From positions 8,122,001-8,186,000 of the forward strand of contig CATNEN010000001.1 of the NCBI GenBank assembly GCA_950097015.1: 64,000 nucleotides of DNA, in the 5' to 3' direction. The position numbers and the translations under genes were made by a program. Below, in pieces: positions 25,161-41,469 of the stretch. The notes beneath the pieces were generated by a model. The model was given only the letters and a program-made list of their open reading frames with translations. It did no database searches and was not told the DNA's origin. Numbering within the stretch: position 1 is the stretch's first letter; every line of letters begins with the position of its first letter. This DNA comes from Macrostomum hystrix (lineage: Eukaryota; Animalia; Platyhelminthes).

Positions 25161-26654
25161 AAACTGATTTTAAAGAATCGCGCTGGTTGTTTTTTTGAAC
25201 ACTTTAACTGATTATAGGAAACAAAGAGTCTAGGAAGGTCTAGGAAACAAATATATTTTCGGTATGCAGGGCAAAAGACGTAGAAGTTAAGTCAACAAAA
25301 CAATTTTAAAGTATACATATTTTAAAATGTACAAAATTATAAATTTATCAACTATATGGCATCTGTTTTATAGAAATTACAACCTTTTTAATTAACTACT
25401 TTTTAAGATGTGTTAAAAACTGTTTTTTTCTGGTGACAAAGTATAAATTTAAATTTGTCTCCACTGAAAAGGTTAAGATTCGCATAAAAATTGATGCAAA
25501 CATTATTTTTTCAATCTGAATTTGAATTCCTTGGACTAAATTTTGAAATTTATTTTTTTGCTAGACTTGTTTTATTCTTTTTTACTAAGCCGTAAAAGAA
25601 AGAAACTTTTTATTATCGAATTTGTTGCATTGAGATGATTTCCTCTATAAAAAGCATACTTTGCCAGCTGTTTGTCAAAAGGAATTACAAAGCCAATTTT
25701 TTAAACTTACACAGTGCCTTGCTTCGATTTTTTAGTTTTGTTATTTTTAATGCCTCCACGAGAGTAATTTTGTCGTTATTGAGTAGTTACGTACTTTTAC
25801 TCGTCCCACTTTTAGATTGCACTTATCCGTCAAGCTTAAACTAATCTTAGAACTTTTTAAGCCTTTGACACTTCTTCATGATCTTGTGGAATTTGTAGTT
25901 TTTTTTGCTGATCGATCTAAAATATGAATAAATTTGAAAATGTATCATTTTTTATGTCAGTGTAGAGGTTGATATTATTCGTATTGCCAATAGCTGCTAT
26001 TTATTAATATTGACTGAATAGCGATTCTTACTGCTTTACGATTCCACTTTGAAAGTTATAATTGAAGACGAAGACAAATGTTTTGTACAAAGTGGAACTG
26101 TAAATAGGCTGTGCCTTATACGTGTAGCTTAAATACTAAAAATCTTGCTGCTTTGCAGAGCGAATAAATATAAATAAAACAAAAAACTCACTTAATTTAT
26201 ATACAATCTTTTGCACCCCCAAGCTGATGTCTCTGCTTTACTATACGCTCATAGAATCGATAAAAATTGAGCAATTTTTCAGTCTGTTTTATCTGGTTGT
26301 CGAAGACTTCAGGCTTTGATAACATATTTCTTTTTTTCCTAGAGACATATTTACCGACTTTTAGGACTTCTACTTCTTGTGAATTTTTCGCTACTTTGTC
26401 TTTTTCTCAGCGACTTTTTGCTTTGCTTTGCTATTAATTAGCTTTTCACTGCATGTTTAAAAGGACAAAAATGTTTCTAGATACTTCAGAAAAAGCACTG
26501 TTACTTGTCTAACTGAGATGTAATACGCTGATTCAAGAGTTAACAAGCAAGGACTTGGTAAATTCTTTTTGATTTCACTGGTATACCTGGAGTCGTGTTT
26601 TCTAACCCCACCTGATCGCGTGATTGGCTGAGCGCCTGTTTCCTACTGTCAACC

Positions 26655-26970
26655 AGCCTGACCCACCCATCCTGACCCACCCATTCTGACCCACCCATCC
26701 TGACCCACCAATCCTGACCCACCCATCCTGACCCACCCATCCTGACCCACCCATCCTGACCCACCCATCCTGACAAACCCATCCTGACTCGTCCCACTTT
26801 TAGATTGCACTTATCCTTCAAGCTTAAACTGATCTTAGAACTTTTTAACCCATCCTGACCCACCCATCCTGACCCACACATCCTGACCTACCCATCCTTA
26901 CCCACCCATACTGACCCACCCATCCTGACCCACCCATCCTTACCCACCCATACTGACCCATCCATCCTGA
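26655..26970. repeat. 15-bp minisatellite (CTGACCCACCCATCC)n, interrupted
   Basis: Direct reading; 62-bp foreign insert at 26787-26848. Confidence 0.93.
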
Positions 26971-27034
26971 AGGAAACATCCAACTTAAAGGATTTGAGGA
27001 AGTACATTTTCGCTGTCTTTCGGCGAATAATCAG

Positions 27035-27125
27035 GGGGTGTGTTAGGTGAGTTGGTTGAGTCAGGGAGCGGTTAAAGTGTTTCACTTTCGCACCGAGGTC
27101 CCTGAGCTCGATTCCGAGGCGAAGT
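27035..27125 (+). mobile_element. SINE family A head fragment
   Basis: GAGCGGTTAAAG...CGCACCGAGGTCCCTGAGCTCGATTCCG. Confidence 0.65.
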
Positions 27126-27899
27126 CATTACCTGAAGGAGGTAAGGATTTAGTTACCTTATGAAGGATTTGAATTTGAACGAATACAGCAAAAACTCTAC
27201 TGAAATGAAAGTTACTAACGTGTTTATTAAGCAACGTGTAGGTGAATTTAAATGATGTTTCACATTAAAATTTTTATTTCATAGTATATAATTTGTGAAT
27301 AATTGACCGTTTAAATTTACATGCAATCGATTGGATCTGTTTTTGTGTTTTAACATAATGAAAACACAAATTAAAAGACCCATTGTAAGTCGATAACATT
27401 CTTGAATTGGTCGACAGTATTGTGAACAAAAACATGTTATATACGACGTATACAGCAATGGTATTAAGAATTCATAGCCAATACATAAAGAGCTCAATAT
27501 ATGCTTTTCAAGCAAATTGAAATGAAAAAAATCAGTTTTTGTTCTATAAATAGAAAATGCGTACAAATTTTGGATCCCAACCTCAGTAGCCAATTAATGG
27601 TACATTAGAGGGTAAAAGTACTCGTACAATAATAGAAGAAAAATCAGTTAGCAAGGTTGATCAACAGGAGCTACTGAAAATGTGTGTTGATTGGATTCAA
27701 TGTGATTTCCCATGAATGAACTTGATACAGTTTGTAAAAATATACATTTATACGACACACGTGTGTTGATCCAGAAAAACTGAAAACCGTTTTTCAGTTC
27801 CAATTTTGTGTGAAAAGAAGATTGGTGAGACAGTTGAAATAATGGGAAGAGAGGCAGATAATAATATTTGGGAGAGTGTGAGATAAGGATATTAAGGAA

Positions 27900-28692
27900 A
27901 GAGGGGAATAAGGATATTGGAGAGAGGGAGATAACTAAGGACATTGGAGAGAGGGAGATAAGGACATTGGAGAGAGGGAGATAAGGACAGTGGAGAGAGA
28001 GATAAGGACATTGGAGAGAGGGAGATAACTAAGGACATTGGAGAGAGGGAGATAAGGACATTGGAGAGAGGGAGATAAGGACAGTGGAGAGAGAGATAAG
28101 GACATTGGAGAGAGGGAGATAACTAAGGACATTGGAGAGAGGGAGATAAGGACATTGGAGAGAGGGAGATAAGGACAGTGGAGAGAGAGATAAGGACATT
28201 GGAGAGAGGGAGATAAGGACATTGGAGAGAGGGAGATAAGGACATTGGAGAGAGAGAGATAAGGACATTGGAGAGAGGGAGATAAGGACATTGGAGAGAG
28301 GGAGATAAGGACATTGGAGAGAGGGAGATAAGGACATTGGAGAGAGGGAGATAACTAAGGACATTGGAGAGAGGGAGATAAGGACATTGGAGAGAGGGAG
28401 ATAAGGACAGTGGAGAGAGAGATAAGGACATTGGAGAGAGGGAGATAACTAAGGACATTGGAGAGAGGGTGATAAGGACATTGGAGAGAGGGAGATAAGG
28501 ACATTGGAGAGGGACATTGGAGAGAGAGAGATAAGGAAATTGGAGAGAGGGAGATAAGGACATTGGAGAGAGGGAGATAAGGACATTGGAGAGAGGGTGA
28601 TAAGGACATTGGGGAGAGGGAGATAAGGACATTGGAGAGAGGGAGATAAGGACATTGGAGAGAGAGAGATAAGGACATTGGAGAGAGGGAGA
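27900..28692. repeat. 23-bp minisatellite (GGACATTGGAGAGAGGGAGATAA)n
   Basis: Direct reading. Confidence 0.96.
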
Positions 28693-29329
28693 TCAATAGA
28701 GAGATAGCACAGAAACAGAAATATGCTCGTTAAAGTAAATTAATATCAATAATTCATTATGAACCGAATATAAATACAAAATTTTACAATAGTCACATGC
28801 CAGTCAAAGCAAAACAGCTGTACATCAAGGTCAAAATAGGCATGCATGCTGCAACTCGCACATGCGCACAAAAGTACATTTGTGCAACAAGGCCGGGGTG
28901 CCTGCTTTCGATAAAATTTCTGACTAGGCTATTATATAAGCAGCAGCAGATATGGCGCCGGAGATAACGGACGAAGCGAAATGATTTTGGTAGGTCATTG
29001 TACGGCGCCGCAGCAGCAGCAGCTGCTGATACCACTACTACACTTAACGCATAGCAACGATACACGTTCTAGGAGTCATTCGGGGTCACACAATCAAATT
29101 TGCATAAGCTGTTGACAGCCTAGATGGAGGGATTATAGTGTTACCAGTATCTGGATAATGTAGACACAAGAGAACAAATTGTTATCTACAAATTCCCATT
29201 TGAAGAGTCGAGATATTCAAATATTCAAAAAGTTCTGGAAATTCAAACAAATCCATTGTTATTCGATACTTGTTTTGAAATTACATCAACACTTTAGTTC
29301 TCATATGAGTTAAAAGAAGAAAGACCTAT

Positions 29330-29711
29330 GGGGTATTTCAAATGCCCACTGCCTAATTCACGATACCTTCCAAACGGAATGACCATCGTCGAGATATTCA
29401 GCGATGCTTGTCGAAGACAATGGTGGCAAGGACAAAATATCATTGCATTGTATAAACTCTATCGAGAATCCATATTGGGAAAAAACAAATACAATATAAT
29501 GAACAATAACAACCGACATGGTTACACGATGAACTTTTGTGAGAAGAAAAGCTATGCCTATAACTGGTTGTTTTGTCACCAGACACACCCGACGAGAATC
29601 GTTGAATATCTTGACGATGCCGTTGTTTTGTGATTCTGGAAGTTGTTTCATCGGTTAGAGCGGAAAATTTTAGTCCGTGTTCTGCATTTTCATGGCGATT
29701 GGTTGAAAAAT
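29330..29711. mobile_element. MITE family C copy
   Basis: Starts GGGGTATTTCAAAT; shares CATCGTCGAGATATTCAGCGA and AGAATCGTTGAATATCT with 51047-51444. Confidence 0.7.
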
Positions 29712-29808
29712 GGCCTCTAAAACTTCGCCATCATGGAGCTCCGATAGTGTAACGTCTTTTAAGAGCATGTAGCATGCTCAAAGTTGTCAACTTCGTCTCA
29801 TTGAAAGT

Positions 29809-29863
29809 TTACCCCAAGTACGGTTCTCGCGATTCCTCCTCTGCTGCGACAACAGACTTCTTT

Positions 29864-29895
<32 letters not shown>

Positions 29896-31272
29896 CTGTT
29901 GTCTAACAATCACTCGGAGCAGAATATTCTGCCTACTTCGCCGACTGCCGCAGCAACTGTTGCAGCAGCCCATTCGGTTGTCGAAATTTCTTCCGCCTAC
30001 CCGACCAGCCTGGGGGCGCCTCCAGCAGGGCATGAGCATTCGCATCAAGGTGTGCCTGAACAGCCGCCCAGACAGGCAATAGAAGAAGAAATTCGTGGCG
30101 TGAGAAACGTAGACCAGAGTTAGAGCCGATTGGAAACAGAGCGACAGTACTAGGTAGCTTCCAGCGTCGCGGGTTGAGACGGCCTTCTTAATCAAATCTA
30201 GGAAACTGTCCACGAGCGAGAACACGCAGAATGGAAACTGACAGGCCAGGAAGACAAAGTTGACAACCACTAGCATCATCAGCATCCGCCTGCCATCGTC
30301 TAGACTCGGCTGCTTCGCGCTGGCTTGACTAATCCGACGACTGGCATCCAGTGTTGACGCTGACGGCAGCGGGTCTGTAGTCGCCCGTCGAGACACTCGT
30401 CCGGTGTCCCGACGCCCGCTACAGCCGGCGATGGCAGCATTGTTATTGACGCTATTGTTGTTATTGATGTTGTTGACATTGTTAGCAGTCAAACTGCTGT
30501 TGCCATGCAGGGAGCTCCGACAGTCCACCAGTTGGCTGCGGCGGAATTTTCTGGCGGCGCGCACCTTTCGACAGATGGAGAAATTCAGAAACAACAGACT
30601 GGGAAACGGGATTAGGAAGCGGAAGATGGTGTCTGTCCAGGAGAATGCAATCCACAGGTTGTGATCGTAGACAATCTGGCAGACAACCCCAGCCAGAGGC
30701 AGACGCATGGCTTTGGCCCGGATCAGTAGCGGGAGGTTCTTGACAGCGCAGAGGGCGGCAACGCCTATGAGAAACAGGCAGGTCCTGTTCCGATTGCAGT
30801 ACTTGCCGGCACGCAGAGGGAAATGAGTGCCCACGTATCGCTGAGCGGTGACCAGCAGCAGCGTCCACACTGAACCATCGGCTGTAAAGTACTCCAGAAA
30901 CAATGTCACCCTGCACAGGTGAATGCTTTCAACTTGCCAGTCGAAGTCCATCTGATATTTCAACCAATAGCGCATTGTGCTGGTTAACAGGACCAGGCTG
31001 TCCAACACTGCCAGTGCAGACAGGCACAATGACACAGGACTGCGCCTGAGTCGTTTCTGCTGAAAGGTGAGCATAGCTAGGATGTTGCACAGAACTCCAA
31101 TGATCAGCAGAGGCGGATAGACGATACGGCATAGAAGCGCCCGAAGTTCAGCGTTGGACCAGCCGGCTTTGACTTCAATAGCTTTCTGCACTGGCCAGGA
31201 GGCATTGCTGGTGCAGTTGTTGACAACAGCGTCAAGAATGTCCGTCAAGTTGTCAGTTTCTAGACAGTTCAT
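29809..31272 (-). CDS. Rhodopsin-like (class A) peptide GPCR, FMRFamide/sex-peptide-receptor-like group; single coding exon, 487 aa
   Basis: Seven hydrophobic segments; N-terminal N-glycosylation sites (NLT, NCT, NAS); GVLCN in TM1; LAVLD in TM2; C-R before TM3; QRY at the DRY position; CQFP in TM6; HATNFFFYCLSGRLFR in TM7/helix 8. Confidence 0.92.
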
Positions 31273-31764
31273 TGCTGTTTAGACTGGAGGTTTGACCGGA
31301 TTCTAACAGTGGCAAAATGAGGGTGTCTTGTGTGCTGAGCTCAGTCTAGTCTAGTCTGCAGATTAAACACACGACCACCCTATTCCATGATTGGCGAGTC
31401 TCTACTAGCACATTTCCACTCGTCCCTGACGAATTGGGAAACAGCAGCAGCAGCAGCAGCAGTAGCTATGGCTACAGATTTCGCTGGAGTGAGTGGGCAT
31501 TGCGAGGGCTAGCAAAGTTTTGGTTGGAAGAATGGGTTGAGGTGGGTGGGTAAAAATCCACAGAAATGATCTCAAAATCCTAAACTCCTCTTCCAATGGG
31601 TTGGAAACAATGTGCAAGTTTACTGGCTGGTTTGTAGATTCTGTCTGCCTGTCTAAATAGATCAAATTTGATAATTTTCAGCTCAGCCCAATCTGTTTTC
31701 ATACAGATTGCAAACACATAAAATTGCTGATGCAACTAATAGTACTTACCGGAGGACAGGAAAC

Positions 31765-31891
31765 AATGACACATCACTTGGTGACACTAGACCTGTATCC
31801 AGCGAGGAGGCAATTCTGCCCATTTCGCTGACTCCTGAGCACACACGCACACAGATATCGTGCGCAGACTCATCGTCATCATCAGGCAGTG
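31765..31891 (-). mobile_element. SINE family A 3' fragment
   Basis: GGTGACACTAGACC...CAGCGAGGAGGCAATTCTGCCCATTTCGCTGACTCCTGAGCACAC. Confidence 0.8.
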
Positions 31892-32315
31892 TAATTGACA
31901 ATTTTTTAAGTCAAGTATAAAGAAAGTGTTTTTATTGCGCTGTAATTGACGTCACTTTATTGCCAGTTCCCCTTCATACCTATTTACTTGTATCCCAATT
32001 CCATATTTGGTTTCCCCCCGTCTTTTATTAACGTGCAGAAGTTGGAGGCGTAGAAAGTGGGTACAATGATTGCTGGATAGATCTGTTTTCGGATGTTTCC
32101 TAGGTGTATTTTCTAGCACTAAAGTAGGCCAGTGCACTTCAGGCATTACCAACCGACGGATGCACATGCCTATCAGGAAGAAAATAGCTCGTACTAATAA
32201 TTGCTTTTTAAGCTAGTCCATAACACAATAGGTCGGATAAAAGAAAACTAAATATGCAAAAGGTAAGTAAAATTGGCATCCACGAAGGAAAATGAAGTTA
32301 ATGAGGGTACTGACA

Positions 32316-32865
32316 AAGGGAGAGAGAGTTAAGATGAAGGGAGAGAAAGAGTTGAGATGAAGGGAGAGAAAGGGTTGAGATGAAGGGGGAGAAAAAGTAG
32401 AGATGAAGGTACAGAAAGGGTTAAGATGAAGGTAGAGAATGGGTAGAGATGAAGGGAGAGAAAGGGTTGAGATAAAGGGGGAGAAAAAGTAGAGATGAAG
32501 GTACAGAAAGGGTTAAGATGAAGGTAGAGAATGGGTAGAGATGAAGGGAGAGAAATAGTAGAGATGAAGGGAGAGAAAGGGTTGAGATGAAGGGGGAGAA
32601 AAAGTAGAGATGAAGGTACAGAAAGGGTTAAGATGAAGGTAGAGAATGGGTAGAGATGAAGGGAGAGAAAGGGTTGAGATGAAGGGAGGGAAAGGGTTGA
32701 GATGAAGGGGAGAAAAAGTAGAGATGAAGGTACAGAAAGGGTTAAGATGAAGGTAGAGAATGGGTAGAGATGAAGGGAGAGAATGGGTTGAGATGAAGGG
32801 AGAGAAAGGGTTGAGATGAAGGGAGGGAAAGGGTTGAGATGAAGGGAGAGAAAGAGTAGAGATAA
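32316..32865. repeat. ~23-bp purine-rich minisatellite (GAGATGAAGGGAGAGAAAGGGTT)n
   Basis: Direct reading. Confidence 0.95.
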
Positions 32866-33470
32866 AGTAATAGCTGGTGATCGTGCGTGTGAAATCGGAA
32901 AAAGCAAAAAAGTTTTCATGATGCACGATTTCATGTCTGCCACGAAATATCCGTACTAACCAAGTGCTGTTTAAAAAGAAGACAGTTAAATAGAAAAAAC
33001 ACGAGGGGTTGCTGAGGATCTAGCGTTGCCACCGCATCCAATGCCATTCTTGCAGAAGGAAACGGAAGCAATTTCACATTTCTGCTGTGTTCCAAAAACA
33101 GTTTGTGGCATAGCTACAGGAATAAATAGTGTAGCTATTTTTTAATAGCTACACTTCTTGTTTTAGTCTTTTTTAATTTCAGCTTCACTTTAAAAGCAAT
33201 CTTCTATTGTCGCAAGGAAATCAATTTTCTTTTCAAAACGGCAATTAAGGATCGGGAGTTTTGGCCTGCCTATAAAGTGGAATAATTTCAATGCAGAAAA
33301 TTCGTTGCTTCTAACATTCAGCTATGAGCAAATTGGGTAACACTAGAAGTTTTATGTGCATAGTCGAGAGGTTTTGTTGCCATGGTGCCAAAGACGAAAC
33401 AGTTGCTAGTGAAGAGCACTTTAATGGGAGATTGTTTGAAGAAAGCAAGTTAGCTTAAATTTAGTCAAAC

Positions 33471-34716
33471 GTCTAACAGGTTATTCTCATGTCTAACAGG
33501 TCATTCTCAAGTCTAACAGGTTATTCTCACGTCTAACAGGTTAGTCTCATGTCTAACATGTCATTCTCAAGTCTAACAGGTTATTCTCACGTCTAACAGG
33601 TTAGTCTCATGTCTAACAGGTTAGGCTCATGTCTAACAGGTCATTCTCACGTCTAACAGGTTAGTCTCATGTCTAACAGGTCATTCTCACGTCTAACAGG
33701 TCATTCTCACGTCTAAGAGGTTATTCTCATGTTTAACAGGTTATTCTCATGTCTAACAGGTCATTCTCACGTCTAACAGGTCATTCCCATGTCTAACAGG
33801 TCATTCTCATGTCTAACAGGTCATTCTCACGTCTAACAGGTTAGTCTCATGTCTAACAGGTCATTCTCATGTCTAACAGGTCATTCTCACGTCTAACAGG
33901 TTATTATCATGTCTAACAGGTCATTCTCACGTCTAACATGTTATTCTCATGTCTAACAGGTCATTCTCACGTCTAACAGGTTATTCTCATGTCTAACAGG
34001 TTATTCTAATGTCTAACAGGTTATTCTCACGTCTCACAGGTTATTCTCACGTCTAACAGGTTATTCTCACGTCTAACAGGTTATTCTCACGTCTAACAGG
34101 TTATTCTCACGTCTAACAGGTTATTCTCACGTCTAACAGGTTATTCTCACGTCTAACAGGTTATTCTCATGTCTAACAGGTCATTCTCACGTCTAACAGG
34201 TTATTCTCATGTCTAACAGGTTATTCTCACGTCTAACAGGTTATTCTCATGTCTAACAGGTCATTCTCACGTCTAACAGGTTATTCTCATGTCTAACAGG
34301 TTATTCTCACGTCTAACAGGTTATTCTCATGTCTAACAGGTTATTCTCATGTCTAGCAGGTTATCATGTCTAACAGGTCATTCTCACGTCTAACAGGTTA
34401 TTCTCATGTCTAACAGGTCATTCTCACGTCTAACAGGTTATTATCATGTCTAACAGGTCATTCTCACGTCTAACAGGTCATTCTCACGTCTAACAGGTTA
34501 TTCTCATGTCTAACAGGTCAATCTCACGTCTAACAGGTTATTCTCATGTCTAACAGGTCATTCTCACGTCTAACAGGTTAGTCTCATGTCTAACAGGTCA
34601 TTCTCATGTCTAACAGGTCATTCTCACGTCTAACAGGTCATTCTCATGTCTAACAGGTCATTCTCACGTCTAACAGGTTAGTCTCATGTCTAACAGGTTA
34701 TCCTCATGTCTAACAC
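33471..34716. repeat. 20-bp minisatellite (GTCTAACAGGTTATTCTCAY)n
   Basis: Direct reading. Confidence 0.97.
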
Positions 34717-35627
34717 GTCTAATAAATTATTCAAACAAGACTAGAAAACAGTCAGTGAGGCTGCAGATGTAATAGGTCAGTGTGGCTGTGACATCAGACA
34801 AAGTCGGAAATCGATTAGGCCCAGTTTTTTTCTCGGTAACACACGTGACACTGGACAATTGCTTTTAGTTTGATTGCCACTGTCTGGCCAGTAATTTGAG
34901 TCCATCCACTCAGGTTGAGTAAGGTCGCGCTGCCGACCGACTCATCTCCAATAAAAAACAGATCAATCAATAAATTAATATGTGGTATACGGAGTCGTTT
35001 TGTGGACAGAAAAATTGGTTGCCAGCGTGGATTCCGGAAACAGAAATCTAAAACAATTGTGACTCACATAAAATACACGAATTATGTAGTTAAGGTTTCA
35101 TAAACGATTAATGTTATATGGCAAAGATTCACTGATTCCTAGCTAAAGCCTGTTCGGATAGCAGATGCATGTAAATAGCTAAGGTTGCTTAAATATACGC
35201 ATTATAACGCTGGCTTAGACACGAAATTGTCTCTATGCTGGTTGCCACAGCAACTGGTCGTCGTATAGCAATCGCGCAAGAAAAGCAAATAGAATAATTT
35301 TTCGAGTGTGTGAGCAAACTGCTGCAGTTGGTTATAAAATAAGCTAATTCTATTGTATGGAGAATAGTTAAACAATATATTTATACTATAGCAGCATTAA
35401 TTGCAGGCATGTACTTCGAAATTGATTATGTCACTGTTTAACTAACACAATTTCACATTATACTTTTTCTCTATAGTGGTCTACTGTTAATTATATAGTG
35501 CAATATACTTTTTTAACAAAGATTTATCCAGATTAAGATCTACATTAATTTCAGTTATCTATCCTAGCATATTTTCCTAGTCATTCTCTCAATCGTAATC
35601 TATCTTCTATTTTCTCAGCTGAATAAA

Positions 35628-35948
35628 GGCTACCCGATCTATGGCTGCCCGATCCATCTATCTACGCAATTCCATTTATCTACCCGATTCCATATCCACT
35701 CTACCCAATTCACTCAATCTACCTATCTATCTACCCAATTCAATCTATCTACCTATCTATCTACCCAATTCATTCAATCTACCTATCTTATTTACCCAAT
35801 TCAGTCTATCTACCTATCTATATACCCAATTGCATCTATCTACCCGATCCCATCTTTCTACTCAATTCCATCTATCTAACCGATTCCAACTATCTACCCA
35901 ATTCCATCTATCTAACCGATTCCAACTATCTACCCAATTGCATCCATC
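35628..35948. repeat. Degenerate CTACCCAATTCCATCTAT repeats
   Basis: Direct reading. Confidence 0.85.
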
Positions 35949-36234
35949 AAACCTTGTCCATGCAATGTGTAATCGCAATTAAATTTTTGCGTGTGTTCTA
36001 ACAATTATTTTGTTTCTGTAAAGTTTATTAAGCTTATCAGTCCAAACTAACAGAAATCCACTCAGAATGGTATGTCATTACTAAAAAATCATTTTACCCT
36101 TGTTCATCATCACTTTAGTGCCCAACTTCTTTGAAGCTATTTGCACTAAAATGCATACAGTATCGTATGAAATATATCATTCCCTATTATGCGCTTATGT
36201 TGTCTGTTATATTACCAGTATTGATTGACTGATT

Positions 36235-36395
36235 ACCCCACAGCAAATGCAAATTTTTAACAAATTCTTTTGGGTGAACTCAAGCAATGCAGAGTTAAGT
36301 GTCTCGCTAAAGGACACAAATTTTTCCAGTGGAGTCGGGAATCGAACCCCCGACCTTTAAGCTGTATGTTCGACCCTCTAACGGTTAGGCTACAT
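36235..36395 (-). mobile_element. SINE family B 5' part
   Basis: Reverse complement carries the head and CORE-like segment (GCAATGCAGAGTTAAGTGTCTCGCTAAAGGAC...GGAATCGAACCCC). Confidence 0.75.
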
Positions 36396-37647
36396 TGTCA
36401 GAATACTAAACTTTACAGTTGAATATCACATGCACATTCATATGGGCAACAAAAAAGCTTTCTAAATAGTCAAAAAATTCTTTTCAGAAAATGGTTTCTA
36501 AAAAACTAAAATCCATCAATCATTTTTCATTCGGCTTCAGTTCAGCCGTGTGTCTGTATTGAGGGGTTACTATAGGTAGATAACCTTATTTGCTTTTTTG
36601 TCTAGTGCCACCTGTCTCTTTTTTGGGCACTTAAAAAATTATCAATCTTACAGACTCTGCAGTGAAGTGCAGTGAAGTATTAATAATACGAAAATGTAGT
36701 TTAGAATAATATTTTGTTCAATTTGTTAATTTAATACACAATTTACGAAATAAACTATGTATTAAAAAGCCATCCTAAACTACCATAGACTAAATAGAGT
36801 AAGAAGGCTTTTGGGTAAGAAGTTGTGATTGGCAGAAAACCTTAGGGTTATCGATTCTAAACAAAAAATTAGGAATGTAGAAATGTATAATTCTTGAACG
36901 CTTACTCGTGCGTCAATGGCCATAGACGCACGAGTAAGCGTTCATGAATTTCATTCTTATTAGAGCCTTTCTAACCATAGCCAAAATTCATATTAAGAAT
37001 AAAGTGTGGAGGGATGAAAGAGAGAGGGGGTTAAAAATAAATCAAATACATATAAATAAATTGTTTGCGTGCAGGAACGGAGAGTGTCATTGCTGCACGA
37101 TGTCCATGTGTAAAACAGTGGAGATTTGGCCATAGATTATTTCATTCCTGCACGACTGCCTTCATTCCCGCACGCTGGCTTAAATAAGAATGAAACTGTT
37201 TATGCCTTTTTTCAGTCTATAAGCGCGCAATTATATTCTACGCTTGTACTTTTCAATGAAAGAGTAAAATGCGAATTGAATGCGTAACAAAATTCGGCAG
37301 TAGAAATTTCCCGATGAAGACTATACTTCTATCGGGCATAAAAAATTGATGTAACACACTAGGCCCCCTCCCACAGTGCAACGGCTTGGATTAATATCAG
37401 ATATCAGATAGGGGAAAAGTAGTTACACTCGTAATTGACGCAAACCCTAAAATGCTTCTTATACGAGCAAAAAGTGTCAATTAACGAATTGTGTGGAAAG
37501 CTATCAACTAGGAATTGCGCAGAACAGGGAAATTTAAGGTCGGGATTTCTGTCTGAAAATATTATTCTCTTAGTAGTCATTAAGTCCCACAGGTTAGCAT
37601 GAAATCATACCTTAGATAATCATACCGATATAGAAATCTATGATTCG

Positions 37648-37746
37648 GAGGTGAGTGGCAGACCGGTCAACGCGTTTGCCTCTCGCACCAAGGTCCCTGA
37701 GCTCGATTCCGCGGCGAGGCCACATTTATTTGGGGAGCAGCCACGG
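37648..37746 (+). mobile_element. SINE family A head
   Basis: Head with GCTCGATTCC B-box and CCACATTTATTTGGGG. Confidence 0.8.
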
Positions 37747-37747
37747 A

Positions 37748-37906
37748 TTCTTCAAAAATATTCAACGAATCGCCATGAAAATCGGGAACACTGCCAAAAA
37801 TTTTCCACTCTATCCGATGAAACAACTTCCAGAATCCCAAAACATCGAGATATTCAACGATTCTCGGCAGTTCAACGATTCAACGAGTCTGGTGGCGAAA
37901 ACCACA
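37748..37906. mobile_element. MITE family C fragment (inverted relative to 29330 copy)
   Basis: CCGATGAAACAACTTCCAGAATC is the reverse complement of sequence near 29632-29654. Confidence 0.7.
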
Positions 37907-38634
37907 ACTTTTGAAAGTAAGTTCATTGTAAATGACGGAGAATTGTTTCTTATTATTATTATTATTATTATTATTTATACTCGTAAATAAACTTTTTATT
38001 TATGAACTGGCTGCAGATGGAAGCAGTCAAAATAAGCCCCCAGAACCCACAATAATAACAAGAGAAAATAAGAAACTAAGAGGTATAAACAAATATGTTT
38101 TTAAATCAGTTTTTCTGACTTACCAAGCAAGAACAAAAGCAAGTGTGCTTATAATTGAATTTAATTAAGAATTTGTGCAACCTATGGTACCAAATGGTAG
38201 CAATGGTACCAAACCTAATATTTGCTTATTTAGTCAGTTTACTAATCTAACTGTACTTGTAAAGTACATACACCTGTATCAAATAATCAGATTGCAGAAT
38301 ATTAAACGCCTGATCATAATATGGCAAGCTACACACAAAAATGGTAGAAAACAAACTGACTTAAAAAATTAAAAAGCTACACACGCAAATTATGCTACTA
38401 AGCTAATTAAGTAGTATGTACTCGTAGTTACTGAGATAGGCTGAAATTCGCATAATTTGATATATTACTTCATATTTCTTCACATTCACATTCCTTCAAG
38501 TGCTATAGAGAGAACTATAAATTTCATAGTTGTTACAAGATAACAGAGAAGCGAGTAAACCAGTTAGGATAAAAAACAAAAAAACTCGCTACCAGTTCCG
38601 ACTGCTCTTCATCAAACCACTTGCATCATATGAT

Positions 38635-41403
<2,769 letters not shown>

Positions 41404-41469
41404 AATTGCAGCTGGCTAGTCAAACGATTTTTAGAGACGAAGGCGAAAGAGCGATTTGAGACTTGAGCT

